Source: an uncultured delta proteobacterium (GTDB lineage: Bacteria; Desulfobacterota; BSN033; UBA1163). Taken from it: a stretch of 64,000 nt of DNA. Positions within the stretch are counted from its first letter, which is position 1. Every line of letters begins with the position of its first letter. Positions 20,101 to 30,321 of the stretch are shown one piece after another. The notes beneath the pieces were generated by a model. It was not told where the DNA came from, did no database searches, and saw only the letters and a program-made list of their open reading frames with translations. Position numbers and translations under genes: made by a program. The DNA lies in contig CAWHBU010000004.1 in the NCBI GenBank assembly GCA_963827685.1, forward strand, positions 640,001-704,000. Reading direction: 5' to 3'.

Positions 20101-20565
20101 ATGAAAAAAGGAATAATATGGATTTTAGCCTTTGTGATGCTCTTCGCCCTGCCAGCACTTGGCTTTTCGGCATCATTTAAGGTTTACCCGGGAGCCAAGC
20201 TGGAGGATGTTTACGAGGCAAAACAATCAGAGGTCGGGACTAAAATGTCAAAGGCCCCCAAAGTAATCATTTTTACGACCAATGATCTTTTTGAGAACGT
20301 TGTCGCTTTTTATCGCGGTATTGCCAGAGAATATAGGATGCCTATCAGCAGTGGAAAGCCTATCAAACTCTCTTCGGGACAAGAGCTTAAGGAAACCTAT
20401 TTTATCCTGGACGGCGCGGGTGACCTTAGTACTTCGAAGCACTGGATCAAAATTCAGCGGCCTTACCTGAGTAGGGCTCGAACGAGTGAAGGCTTTCAGG
20501 GAAAGTACGAGAAAGTCCGCGAAGTCACTGCGATTATCGAAGAAGACAAAAGAAGCTATCCCTAA
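20101..20565 (+). CDS. Exported hypothetical protein
   Basis: Signal peptide; VYPGAK; RBS GGAGGG. Confidence 0.7.
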   Translation: MKKGIIWILAFVMLFALPALGFSASFKVYPGAKLEDVYEAKQSEVGTKMSKAPKVIIFTTNDLFENVVAFYRGIAREYRMPISSGKPIKLSSGQELKETYFILDGAGDLSTSKHWIKIQRPYLSRARTSEGFQGKYEKVREVTAIIEEDKRSYP

Positions 20566-20729
20566 AAGTATTAGTTAGTAGTTCCGAACATCCATTTCCC
20601 CCTTATCATAAACTTTCTTTGACTCCTTCATCTCCTTGAGAGGCCCTGCATGGATCAACGACTAATTTTTGTATTGCTTTTTTTAGAGATTGATTTAGAA
20701 TGCGATCAGGTAGTATCGAGGGGAACGAA

Positions 20730-20972
20730 GTGTCAAACTTCTGGGAAGGTAAAGACCCTTGCTGGATAATTTTGGATTGTTCGAAATACGTGTACGTAGA
20801 TTGTCCTGCTTATCTTTACCAAGAAAGGCCTTGTTGGGAAATTGCCTATACGAAGTGTGAGATTCTGCTTGGCATCAAACGAGATTGCAAAAATTGCAAG
20901 GTATTTAAGCTCTATAAAATGTCGAAGACTGATCTTCGTTCAATAACATCCTCAACGAAACACTCTTCATAG
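20730..20972 (+). CDS. Small Cys-rich two-CW-type protein
   Basis: PCW..C..CPAY..PCWE..C..CKNCKVF; GTG after GAGGGG. Confidence 0.65.
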   Translation: MSNFWEGKDPCWIILDCSKYVYVDCPAYLYQERPCWEIAYTKCEILLGIKRDCKNCKVFKLYKMSKTDLRSITSSTKHSS

Positions 20973-21143
20973 AACATCCCGCTCCTTTCCCAAATTTCAA
21001 CACGTTAGAGTATTATCTCGCAACATACCTCAAGGGGGATGCTCTTATTGATTTTTGGATAGTAAAAAGGTATAAGTCATTGATATCCCGTTTAAATATT
21101 TAGGCAATTTTTGAAAAGTTATTAACGGTTTTTTGGAGATCCA

Positions 21144-22658
21144 ATGCGGTCCATCTTTGGACAGACCTCTCTATCCTTTAAGGTGATCTTTGTCACCAGC
21201 CTCATCTTGATTTTCGCCATCTCTTTCAATGTCTGGTGGAATACGAGCCTTCACGGAGCCAGCATAGAGAAATTGACTCACGAGAAAACAAAGATTATTT
21301 CGGAGTTCATCGAAGAGAATGTCATTCGGGCAATGGAGAAGGGAAGACATTTTGATATGCACCGTATTCTGAAGAATTATACTGTCTATAAGGATGTCCG
21401 GAAAATTTTTATCTTCAGCATGGATGGAATCATCAGGGCATCCACAGAAGAGGGTGAGTTAAATAAGAAGGTTGGGGATGTTGAGTTCTATCTAAAAGAC
21501 CATCATTTTATCCGGGAAGAGATGGTTCAACTCCAAGATGGGAGGATAGAAAGGGAGCGGGTCTACTATTACAATACTCCCATTTTGAACAGGCCAGAAT
21601 GTTTTCAATGCCATGATAAAGAAAAGAAGATCATCGGGGTCCTGACCGTATCCAATTCCTTGAAAGAAATGGATACGATGCTTTGGAAGATTGAGATCCA
21701 CTCGGTTATCCTTGCCATCATTACTATCGTATTCTTATCTTTTGTGTTAGGCTTCCTGTTTTTGAAATTCGTCAACATTCCGATCAAGAAGTTGACTGAA
21801 ACGATGAAAAAGGCGGAGGAGGGCAATTTGACGGTAAGAGTGAATGTTAAGAGCAAAGACGAAATGGGAAGTCTGGCTGAAAATCTCAACATCATGATCG
21901 AGAAGCTCAATCTGGCAAAGCAAGAGGCAGAGCAATATCATCAGGAGCTGATTCAGAGGGCTGATCGAATGGCCTCCATCGGAGAGTTGGCCTCCGGGAT
22001 TGCTCATGAAATTAGGAATCCTTTAGCAGGGATTCAAGGAGCCATTCAAATCCTGGCAGAGGGATTCTCCAAAGAGGATTCTCGAACCCAAGTGACTGAT
22101 GAGATTCAAAAACAGATCTATAGACTGGAACGACTGGTGAAGGACCTCTTGAACTATGCCAAACCTGTCCCCGCAAATTACTTGCCCACGGATATTAATC
22201 AATTGGTCGATAAAGTCCTCTCTTTCTTTATGACCCAGCAGGGAAGGTCGGTGGGCTTTAAAATTGAAAAGAAATTATTTTCTTCCCTTCCCAAGACGAT
22301 GATCGATCCAAGTTCCATGGAGCAGGCTTTTCTAAATATCATCCTCAACGCCCAGAAGGCAATGCCAGTGGGTGGGACTTTTACCGTTTCAACCCGTGCA
22401 CTTCCCGAGAGGAAAGACGATGGGAAAAAAGGCCACGAAGTCCAGATCATTTTCGAGGATACGGGTGTTGGAATCCCGGGAGAAAACTTGCCCAAGATTT
22501 TCAATCCCTTCTTCTCAACCCGTTCGGATGGGACCGGGTTGGGGTTATCCATTACCAAAAATATTGTGGAGCAACATGGGGGAGAAATAGAGGTGGAGAG
22601 CCGAGTCAATGTGGGAACAAAATTTATCATTACCCTGCCGGCCATGGAACATCAATGA
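21144..22658 (+). CDS. Sensor histidine kinase with periplasmic CxxCH heme motif and HAMP domain
   Basis: Two TMs flanking ECFQCH; AHEIRNPL, NIILNA, DTGVGI, GTGLGL. Confidence 0.92.
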   Translation: MRSIFGQTSLSFKVIFVTSLILIFAISFNVWWNTSLHGASIEKLTHEKTKIISEFIEENVIRAMEKGRHFDMHRILKNYTVYKDVRKIFIFSMDGIIRASTEEGELNKKVGDVEFYLKDHHFIREEMVQLQDGRIERERVYYYNTPILNRPECFQCHDKEKKIIGVLTVSNSLKEMDTMLWKIEIHSVILAIITIVFLSFVLGFLFLKFVNIPIKKLTETMKKAEEGNLTVRVNVKSKDEMGSLAENLNIMIEKLNLAKQEAEQYHQELIQRADRMASIGELASGIAHEIRNPLAGIQGAIQILAEGFSKEDSRTQVTDEIQKQIYRLERLVKDLLNYAKPVPANYLPTDINQLVDKVLSFFMTQQGRSVGFKIEKKLFSSLPKTMIDPSSMEQAFLNIILNAQKAMPVGGTFTVSTRALPERKDDGKKGHEVQIIFEDTGVGIPGENLPKIFNPFFSTRSDGTGLGLSITKNIVEQHGGEIEVESRVNVGTKFIITLPAMEHQ

Positions 22659-22730
22659 TCGTGTCCGTGGCCGTTTGCCGTGTCCGGACACGCGACACGC
22701 GTCACGGGTCACGGTTTTTGGATGTAAGCG

Positions 22731-24107
22731 ATGCCTGAAGCCAGGATCTTAGTGGTTGACGACGAATATCTGATCCGGTGGACCCTTCAACAAAATTTAG
22801 AAAAAGAGGGTTACGAAGTTCTCCTTGCGGAAACGGGTGAGGAGGCACTGGAAAAAGTGAAGGAGGGAGCACCGGATTTAGCTCTTCTCGACATCAAACT
22901 GCCCGGGATGGACGGCTATGAAGTCCTCGAGAAGGCACTTAAGATAGATGAGGGTATTATCCCTATCATGATTACTGCGTTTGACGACGTTGAGAAGGTG
23001 GTCAAAGCGATGAGATTAGGAGCCTTTGACTATATCACCAAACCTTTTGACTTTAGTAAGGTTTACTTATCCATCCAGAAGGCATTGGAAGCCTCGCAGC
23101 TGAAGAGAGAGGTCAGGCATCTCAGAAAGGAAAAGAGAAACTGGTATGGTTTTGATAACATTGTCGCAGTTAGTCAGGAGATGGGAAGAGTTCTTCAGAT
23201 TTCTGAGAAGATTGCACAGAGTGAGGCGGCTACAGTGCTGATTCAAGGGGAAAGTGGAGCAGGAAAAGAGGTAATCGCTCACCTCATCCATGAGCGGAGC
23301 AAGAGGCAGAACATGCCCTTTATTACGGTTAATTGCGCCAACTTCCCAGAACAGATGCTGGAGAATGAACTCTGTGGTCATGAGAAAGGAGCCTTCACCG
23401 ATGCCAGGGAGGTGAAAAAAGGACTTCTTGAAGTAGCGGACAGGGGAACACTGTTTTTGGATGAAATTGGGGATATGAGCCTCAACCTTCAAGGGAAAAT
23501 CTTAAGACTGGTTGAGCAGAAGACTTTTCGAAGAATAGGCGGACTGAAAGACATCCAAGTGGATGTTAGAATCATCACAGCGACCAATAAGGACCTTCTA
23601 AAGCTGAAGGAGGAAGGTAAATTCAGAGAAGATCTTTTCTACAGGATTAATGTCGCTTCAATTAGAATTCCCCCCCTTCGTGAGAGGCCGAGTGACATCC
23701 TTCCGCTGACGAAATACTTCATGCAAAGATACAACGAGGAATTCCATAAGAATGTCCAAAAAATTTCAAAAGGCGTAGAAGACTTCCTCAGGAATTATAA
23801 TTGGCCCGGCAACGTACGGGAGTTGAAAAATGTGACCGAAAGGGCAATGATTCTTGTCGAAGAAGATACGCTCCTCATGGAGCATCTGCCGATAGAGATT
23901 CTTGGACAGGCTTCAAAACAGGGAGGGGTCATTGAAGGAATCCGAATTCCACCGGAAGGAATTTCGATAGAAAAAGTAGAAGAAGCCCTGGTGAAACAAG
24001 CTCTCAAGATGACGAATGGCAATCAAACCAAAGCAGCCAAACTTTTAGATATCAGTCGAGACGCCCTCCGATACCGAATGCAGAAGTTTGGGATGCTTGA
24101 ATCGTAA
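22731..24107 (+). CDS. Sigma-54-dependent response regulator (NtrC/AtoC/ZraR family)
   Basis: Receiver; GESGAGKE, GAFTDA, LFLDEIG, WPGNVREL; Fis-type HTH. Confidence 0.93.
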   Translation: MPEARILVVDDEYLIRWTLQQNLEKEGYEVLLAETGEEALEKVKEGAPDLALLDIKLPGMDGYEVLEKALKIDEGIIPIMITAFDDVEKVVKAMRLGAFDYITKPFDFSKVYLSIQKALEASQLKREVRHLRKEKRNWYGFDNIVAVSQEMGRVLQISEKIAQSEAATVLIQGESGAGKEVIAHLIHERSKRQNMPFITVNCANFPEQMLENELCGHEKGAFTDAREVKKGLLEVADRGTLFLDEIGDMSLNLQGKILRLVEQKTFRRIGGLKDIQVDVRIITATNKDLLKLKEEGKFREDLFYRINVASIRIPPLRERPSDILPLTKYFMQRYNEEFHKNVQKISKGVEDFLRNYNWPGNVRELKNVTERAMILVEEDTLLMEHLPIEILGQASKQGGVIEGIRIPPEGISIEKVEEALVKQALKMTNGNQTKAAKLLDISRDALRYRMQKFGMLES

Positions 24108-24897
24108 CCCCAAAAACCACACGGCGCAGAGAGCCTGCTTACCGCAGATAGGCATAGCGCATGCCGTAACAACCTAAGCCTTCACATTTTAATCCCCCAG
24201 CCTAAGTTTAAACCATCACCCTCTACAATTCTTAATTCCCTGATATGTCCATTATATTTCGTTTCTGGGGCAAGTACCTTTTCCCAATTACTCCTTGAGA
24301 TAATAGAACAAATTCTAAAACGTGTGAGTTTATGCAGAAATGAACCCTGAGACATACGCCGCCGTGCGGGATTGGAATATTAAGAAGCATATAGGAGTAG
24401 GGTAAATGTGACCCTGAAATACATTATTTCAATCCCCAAAATACCGAATTCTCGTTATTTACCTTGTAAGTCCTCTTAAGGAAAATAATCTTAGATGATT
24501 AGCTTTCTCCACTCCCAATAATGAGGGGGTGAGGCCTTACGTTGAGAATAAAAAGGGCATAGAATCCGGTGTCTCGCGGAGACGGGAGAAGGGTATCTGT
24601 TGACTGATAGTGGCAAAGAGGGATCAAGAACGAGAAGACCAAAAATTTTAACATTTCACAGAGGTTTGTCATTAAAAACTTGGCTATGCATCATGCGCTA
24701 TGTTCTTTGCTTTTCTTGATTGGGCCATTGTGGAAGAATCCACAGGGGTGGGGGATATCTCGCTAATAAGCATTTGTCTTCACAAGCGCTAAAAATCATT
24801 GGAGTGGTGCGGTTTTTCGTGCCTTGCGTAATATGTTGAATTTAAAATGATTTTTCTTTATCCATCCAAGGGTTTTTATGGAATGAATTTGAAGCAC

Positions 24898-24915
24898 TTT
24901 GGCATGGGGCTTGCT
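24898..24915 (+). promoter_or_regulatory. Sigma-54 (-24/-12) promoter of the cytochrome-porin operon
   Basis: TTTGGCATGGGGCTTGCT = TGGCA-N6-TTGC, about 90 bp before ATG 25006. Confidence 0.8.
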
Positions 24916-25005
24916 CTATAGAGAAGTGAAACAGATTTAAGCCCAATCAATCTTAATCCAAATAGTAGGGATCATCAAAAAAGGGAGAAAAGAGGAGGTG
25001 GAGTC

Positions 25006-25944
25006 ATGAAGAGAGGAGGTTTAGTTTTCTTATCTATTTTTTTATTCGTCTCAGCTTTAGTCCTCTTCACTCACCACAGTGTTAAGGGGAATTCAGAGTA
25101 TGTCGGTTCTGAAGCCTGCAAAGATTGCCATGAGGCCTATTACAACAAGTTTATGAAATCCGTCCACGGCAAAAAGGCAATACCAGGAGCGCCTGTCAAC
25201 CGGGATGGATGCGAATCATGCCACGGCCCCGGTGCCCAGCATGTTGAAAAGGGCGGAGGAAGAGGCGTAGCCATTTTCGTCTTCGGCAGAAAAACGGACC
25301 CAAATGATAGGGATTCGAAATGCCTCGCATGCCATGGAGAGACAAGGGATTTACCTTTCTGGAATCTGAGCAAGCATAAGTCAATGCAAATCACCTGCGA
25401 TAACTGCCACTCCATCCACGCGGCCCTGCCGGGAAAGGATTACCTTAAGGTTCAAGAACCCGACCTCTGCTTTGGCTGCCATAGGAACATCAGAACCCAA
25501 TTCAACAAGCAATCACACCATCCTATAAAAGAGGAATTTGTCGGCCGACAGGCGCTTAAATGCTCGAGCTGCCACAATCCCATGGGCACTTTTGACATCA
25601 AGGCGATGATAAGAGCCGATTCGGTAAATGATCTATGTTATAAGTGCCATGCCGAAAAGAGAGGACCCTATGCCTTTGAACATCCTCCTGTAACAGAGAA
25701 CTGCTTGAACTGTCATGAGATTCATGGAAGTAACCATTCGAGGCTTCTTACCAGAAAGGTGCCTCTCCTTTGCCAGAGTTGCCATGATACGGTAGGAGGA
25801 AGGCATAATACCGACCCCTATACCAATCTTCACTCTTTCCGGGGTACTGCTACCGCCGGGAAAAATAGATTTTTCGGCCGGGGATGTCTGAACTGCCATG
25901 GAAATATTCATGGAAGCAGCCTTTCCCAATTCTTTGTGCGATAA
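25006..25944 (+). CDS. Decaheme c-type cytochrome, DmsE/MtrA/PioA family
   Basis: Signal peptide and 10 CxxCH motifs; CHAEKRGPYAFEHPPV, CLNCHGNIHGS. Confidence 0.92.
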   Translation: MKRGGLVFLSIFLFVSALVLFTHHSVKGNSEYVGSEACKDCHEAYYNKFMKSVHGKKAIPGAPVNRDGCESCHGPGAQHVEKGGGRGVAIFVFGRKTDPNDRDSKCLACHGETRDLPFWNLSKHKSMQITCDNCHSIHAALPGKDYLKVQEPDLCFGCHRNIRTQFNKQSHHPIKEEFVGRQALKCSSCHNPMGTFDIKAMIRADSVNDLCYKCHAEKRGPYAFEHPPVTENCLNCHEIHGSNHSRLLTRKVPLLCQSCHDTVGGRHNTDPYTNLHSFRGTATAGKNRFFGRGCLNCHGNIHGSSLSQFFVR

Positions 25945-25956
25945 GGAGGTGAAACA

Positions 25957-27975
25957 ATGAAAGCCATAATAATTATCTTTACAATGATGCTATGTCTCCT
26001 GCCACTTTCGTATGCTTTTTCCCAGGATACTAAGACAATAGAAGGAGAGGTTGAGCTAACAGGTGTCTGGATTGATGTACATGGGCAAGAGGGGGGAAAA
26101 GCCAAATTCACAGAATACAGGGATCTTAGAGAAGATGGTGCTGTTTTTGGAAGGGCAAGGTTGAATCTCGATACAGATAAGTATTTTCTGAACTTCAACG
26201 CAGGCGATTTCGCCTATGACACCCAATATTATAAGATAGACGGGGGCATGTGGGGGAAATTCAAGTTTGATCTTTTTTATGACGAGATACCCCACAATAT
26301 CACCTTTGATGCCAGAACCCCTTTTATCGGGGCAGGGCACGATCTCTTAACCGGTACTCCCAATTCGAATTTTCCTGCGTGGAACACATTTGACTATTCG
26401 ATCCTGAGGCATCAATACGGAACCGGCTTCAAAGTCGACGTGATTCGCCCGTTCTTTCTCGATCTCTCTTTTGAAAGGGAAAACAGGGACGGAATCAAGC
26501 CGACAGGCGCGGCAGAAACAACTCCAGGAGGCAGAGCCTTTGAGCTTCCAGAACCTGTTGACTACGTAACAAACAATCTGAAAGTTTCAGCAGGATATGC
26601 TCAAAAACCTCTGTTCTTGTCGTTGAATTATATCCACAGCGATTTTAACAACAGCAACGCTTCCCTGACTCTACCCTCCAACTTCAGCGCCCCCAATGCT
26701 TTCTCCCTTCCTCCTGATAATACCTATGATAAGGGAGCTTTTAAGGGTGCGGTCAATCTCCCCTTCAATAGCAGATTTAGTACGAACATGGGATTTTCAA
26801 GGGGGACATCGGACACATCCATTGTCTCTCTTATTTCTTCAGGTTATACGGGAAAAGTCGATAATGTAAATTATGACTTTGCACTCACTTCAAATCCTAT
26901 GCGTTTTCTCGACGCAAAAGTGTACTATAAGTATTACAAGAGGTTTAACAAATCTGATGATCCTACCGGCGTTGTGAATATCTTCTTAAATTACAACGTT
27001 GCTACTTACGGAGGAGAACTTGGTTTGAGGCTCCCCGAACATTTTTACCTCTCCGGCGGCTATAAATATGTCAAGACAGAGAGAAATAGGGAGGGAGTAA
27101 CGGACCCGGCAGAGATTCTACCCTTCAACATGGACAACATCTTTTTTGCGAATTTAAAATGGAGCGGGGTCGATTTTCTGGAGGCAAGGGTAGGATATGA
27201 GAAATTAGATAGAGACGCCCGATACCGAACCGTTGAAAGCGCTGTTAACCCAGCCCGAATATTTGCTTATGCAGCACAGAATAGAGATACTGTTAAGGCT
27301 ATTCTCGATATCTTCCCTTTGGAAAATCTGAATTTCGGTCTTGAGTACAGGTATAGAAATACAGATTATTCGGACACCATATTTGGATTGAGGGGCGACA
27401 GGAGGAATGAGTTCGAAGCCAGTGCCGATTATAGCATAGGGAAAATTGCTAAAGTATATGCCTATGGCGATTTGGAATGGATTAAATTCAACCAATTACA
27501 ATTTGAGGGCACGACCCTTCTCCCTTGGCAAGCGAATCAGTGGGATAAGAGCTGGGGGTATGGGATAGGGGCTGAAGTCTATGTTATTCCTAAGAAACTG
27601 ACATTGATATTTCAACATGATTATCTGAAATCGAATGGATCTGTTGACTTCACTCTTAATAATGGACTGTTTATTGCCGCGACTGGACTTGGTCCCGGAG
27701 CCGGGGCGAACAATGATAATATTGATATCGGCAGATGGGATGATTACACACTCTATTCCTTTAGCATTAAAGCAGTTTACAATTTCACAAAATCCGTTGC
27801 AGCCATGATAGGGTATGCTTATCAAAGATTTTGGTTCAGTGACGCCCAGTTAAACAATTACCTTTTTGCGCCTGCAGGCCCACCCAATACTAATGCTGCC
27901 TTTCTCACGGGGGCTTACAAGGACCAGACCTACAGGGCAAATTTAGTATTTGGAGGCCTTACCTACAAGTTTTAA
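25957..27975 (+). CDS. MtrB/PioB-family outer-membrane beta-barrel
   Basis: Signal peptide, AKFTEYRDL, ELPEPVDY, PPDN, C-terminal YKF; follows the decaheme gene. Confidence 0.88.
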   Translation: MKAIIIIFTMMLCLLPLSYAFSQDTKTIEGEVELTGVWIDVHGQEGGKAKFTEYRDLREDGAVFGRARLNLDTDKYFLNFNAGDFAYDTQYYKIDGGMWGKFKFDLFYDEIPHNITFDARTPFIGAGHDLLTGTPNSNFPAWNTFDYSILRHQYGTGFKVDVIRPFFLDLSFERENRDGIKPTGAAETTPGGRAFELPEPVDYVTNNLKVSAGYAQKPLFLSLNYIHSDFNNSNASLTLPSNFSAPNAFSLPPDNTYDKGAFKGAVNLPFNSRFSTNMGFSRGTSDTSIVSLISSGYTGKVDNVNYDFALTSNPMRFLDAKVYYKYYKRFNKSDDPTGVVNIFLNYNVATYGGELGLRLPEHFYLSGGYKYVKTERNREGVTDPAEILPFNMDNIFFANLKWSGVDFLEARVGYEKLDRDARYRTVESAVNPARIFAYAAQNRDTVKAILDIFPLENLNFGLEYRYRNTDYSDTIFGLRGDRRNEFEASADYSIGKIAKVYAYGDLEWIKFNQLQFEGTTLLPWQANQWDKSWGYGIGAEVYVIPKKLTLIFQHDYLKSNGSVDFTLNNGLFIAATGLGPGAGANNDNIDIGRWDDYTLYSFSIKAVYNFTKSVAAMIGYAYQRFWFSDAQLNNYLFAPAGPPNTNAAFLTGAYKDQTYRANLVFGGLTYKF

Positions 27976-29626
27976 TTAGACTTAACTCTTCTTCTTCAAG
28001 TTTTTTGTTTTCGTCTAGCGGAAATTGCAGACAAAGAACCGGTTTGGCCAATTGCCACGGAAAAAGGAGATTCTGTGCGCGGTGGCAATCAAGTTAATCA
28101 AGGTGATCTTTCCGCTCTTGAGAGATAAGCGGAACTTTGAGGATCCGGTAGCCTGTTCAGTGGAATGAGTGAAAGCAAAAATGGTTGTGGCGGAAGAAGG
28201 ACCGTAGTTCTTCGTAGGCAAGAAGGCTTGCAGGATACAGCTTGGTCAACTTCCACCGTCCTTTCGACCTGAATAAAGTAAGTTGGGCATAAAAGGCTCG
28301 TAGAACAAAAGAGGTTAGGTGAAAAGGGCAAAGGGTTGAAGTAACACCACAACCATTACAGCTTTAACAGGACGATACCAATAAAAGTATTGACAACTTC
28401 CTTAGAAGAGGAAGGAGTCCTCAAGAAAATGGGGTGTGATATCTTCGAAAATAGAACATTTTATTGAAAATTTCGGGAATTAAGAAAGATTTAAATAGGT
28501 TATCCTTTTGAAATCATTAAACTTAGCAAAATCATTAAGATTAATTACGAATTATAATCAAAACCCTCCTTCTTTTTCTCTCTTGTTCCTTACTCTTTAA
28601 TCTTGTTTGGAAAATCGGCCCTGAAACGGTAACCGTTTTACACTAGAGAACTCTCATCGGGATCAAGCCTACGGATCTCAAAATTGATGTTCTAATTGTT
28701 TTAATGGAACCTACCTTCCATAATGGGAAAACCAGTATTGCCGGAGGCAGGTCTTAAAAACTTCGTCTCTGGTTTTAGACCATGAGAATTCGTTTTTGAG
28801 TTCGGCCATTGAGCTGTCTGTGGGTTCCCTCTTAGCTGGAGTGTACAGAATAGCAGACAAGGTGTCAATTAGAATGAGAATAAGAGGGTGTTTAGCTCTA
28901 ATTAACGTACGGGGATCGAGTCTTAAAGCGGTGAGGTAGAGTATTTTTATTCCCAGTCCTCCTTTCTTACTCTTGCCTTTCTGGGTGGCCTACTTTATCT
29001 TACAAATGCAACTGCTTCTTTCTCTATTCACGCATTCGTTCCGAAACGGAGTTAATGTTTATACCATTTAACCTTTCCAACATCGCCTTTGTCAGACCTG
29101 CGGACACGTCTTCCCCATAAAAGGCATCGATATAATGGCCAAACAAATTTCGAAATTTCTGGCTGGGTTCACTTTTTCTGTCCCATCTGTCAAGCTCTTC
29201 AAAGAAATGCTTTTCAAGAGCTGGAGAATAGTGTCCAGGACAATAATCCATACCATGGATGGAGTGAGCAGGCCCTGGTGCGTTTGTGCATCCCTCCCAA
29301 TAGCAACCCCTTTTTGTCCTTAAGGGGTATCTTTCTTCTCAGTTCCTCGGTTTTTGGGCTGAACGATAGCCAAACTCCCCATTGTCATTCCCAGGTTTTT
29401 GAAAACCATAACCATGCTTGGGGCACCAACTTGGATAGTGGTCCTGTGCTTCTTTTTTAGAGCTATACGCTCCAGTTTTGCTTCAATTTCATTCCACAAA
29501 GAACCCCATCATTTTTAATCCTTTTAAATCGGCGCCACGAACATTCAATTATCTTTTTTGATTTTTGACCTTTTCCATGCTAAAAAATAGGTATAGGTTA
29601 ATTTGCATCACATAGGAGGAATGACC

Positions 29627-29863
29627 ATGAAGTGTTACGTCTGTGCAAAGCAGGGAGTCGATAAAGATGCCGTGGCCATTTGTATCGTCTGCGGAATGGG
29701 ACTCTGCCTGGGACATGCCTTTAAGGAGGAGTTGTTGGTGAGAGATATTATTGATTGGGGATTCGGGGAAGAACGAATCACCTATCCCCATACCCTTCCT
29801 CGGTTCATCTGTGCTGAATGCAAGCTGGCCATCGAACAGAGGAAAAAGGTGGAGAGAAAATAA
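29627..29863 (+). CDS. DUF2180-like zinc-finger protein
   Basis: MKCYVC..AVAICIVCGMGLC.GH..CAEC. Confidence 0.7.
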   Translation: MKCYVCAKQGVDKDAVAICIVCGMGLCLGHAFKEELLVRDIIDWGFGEERITYPHTLPRFICAECKLAIEQRKKVERK

Positions 29864-29952
29864 AAACTTAAGAGTTTAGAGTTTAGAACCGAAAGATAAA
29901 TCTCATCTAAAAAAGGGTTGTCTTTTCTCAGTAGATTACAGATAATGATTCT

Positions 29953-30321
29953 ATGAAGAAAAAGATTCTGGTCGTTGAAGATGAAGAGAGCCTGAGGCTC
30001 CTTTACAAAGAGGAACTCGAGGCAGAGGGGTATGAGGTTCTCACGGCCGGGAATGGAAGAGAAGCCATTCAACAGTTAGAGACAGGGAAGCCCGACCTGA
30101 TCATTCTCGACATTGTCATGCCTGTCATGGATGGGATGGAGGCCCTGGGCCGGATTGTCGGTAAGGAGAGGAAGATTCCCATCATCCTCAACACTTCATA
30201 TTCAGGGTATCAGCAGGATTTTATGAGTTGGGCAGCCGATGCCTATGTGACGAAGTCTGATGACCTCACTGAATTAAGAAAGAAGATCCGAGAACTTTTG
30301 GGGAAAGGTAAAGCCCGGTGA
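29953..30321 (+). CDS. Single-domain response regulator
   Basis: ILVVEDE, LDIVMPVMDG. Confidence 0.88.
   Translation: MKKKILVVEDEESLRLLYKEELEAEGYEVLTAGNGREAIQQLETGKPDLIILDIVMPVMDGMEALGRIVGKERKIPIILNTSYSGYQQDFMSWAADAYVTKSDDLTELRKKIRELLGKGKAR

Noticed and set aside
28600-28860. Fragments resembling a cyclic-dinucleotide (GEMM) riboswitch (AAGCCTACGGATCTC; minus-strand GACAGC..GCCGAA)
   Set aside because: The pieces are on opposite strands and the conserved first hairpin is missing; a covariance-model search would be needed.
28015-29460. Short ORFs, including a minus-strand CYWEGC..YCPGH zinc-finger-like stretch
   Set aside because: Broken by stops and frame changes with no clear start; probably decayed genes and not assignable.
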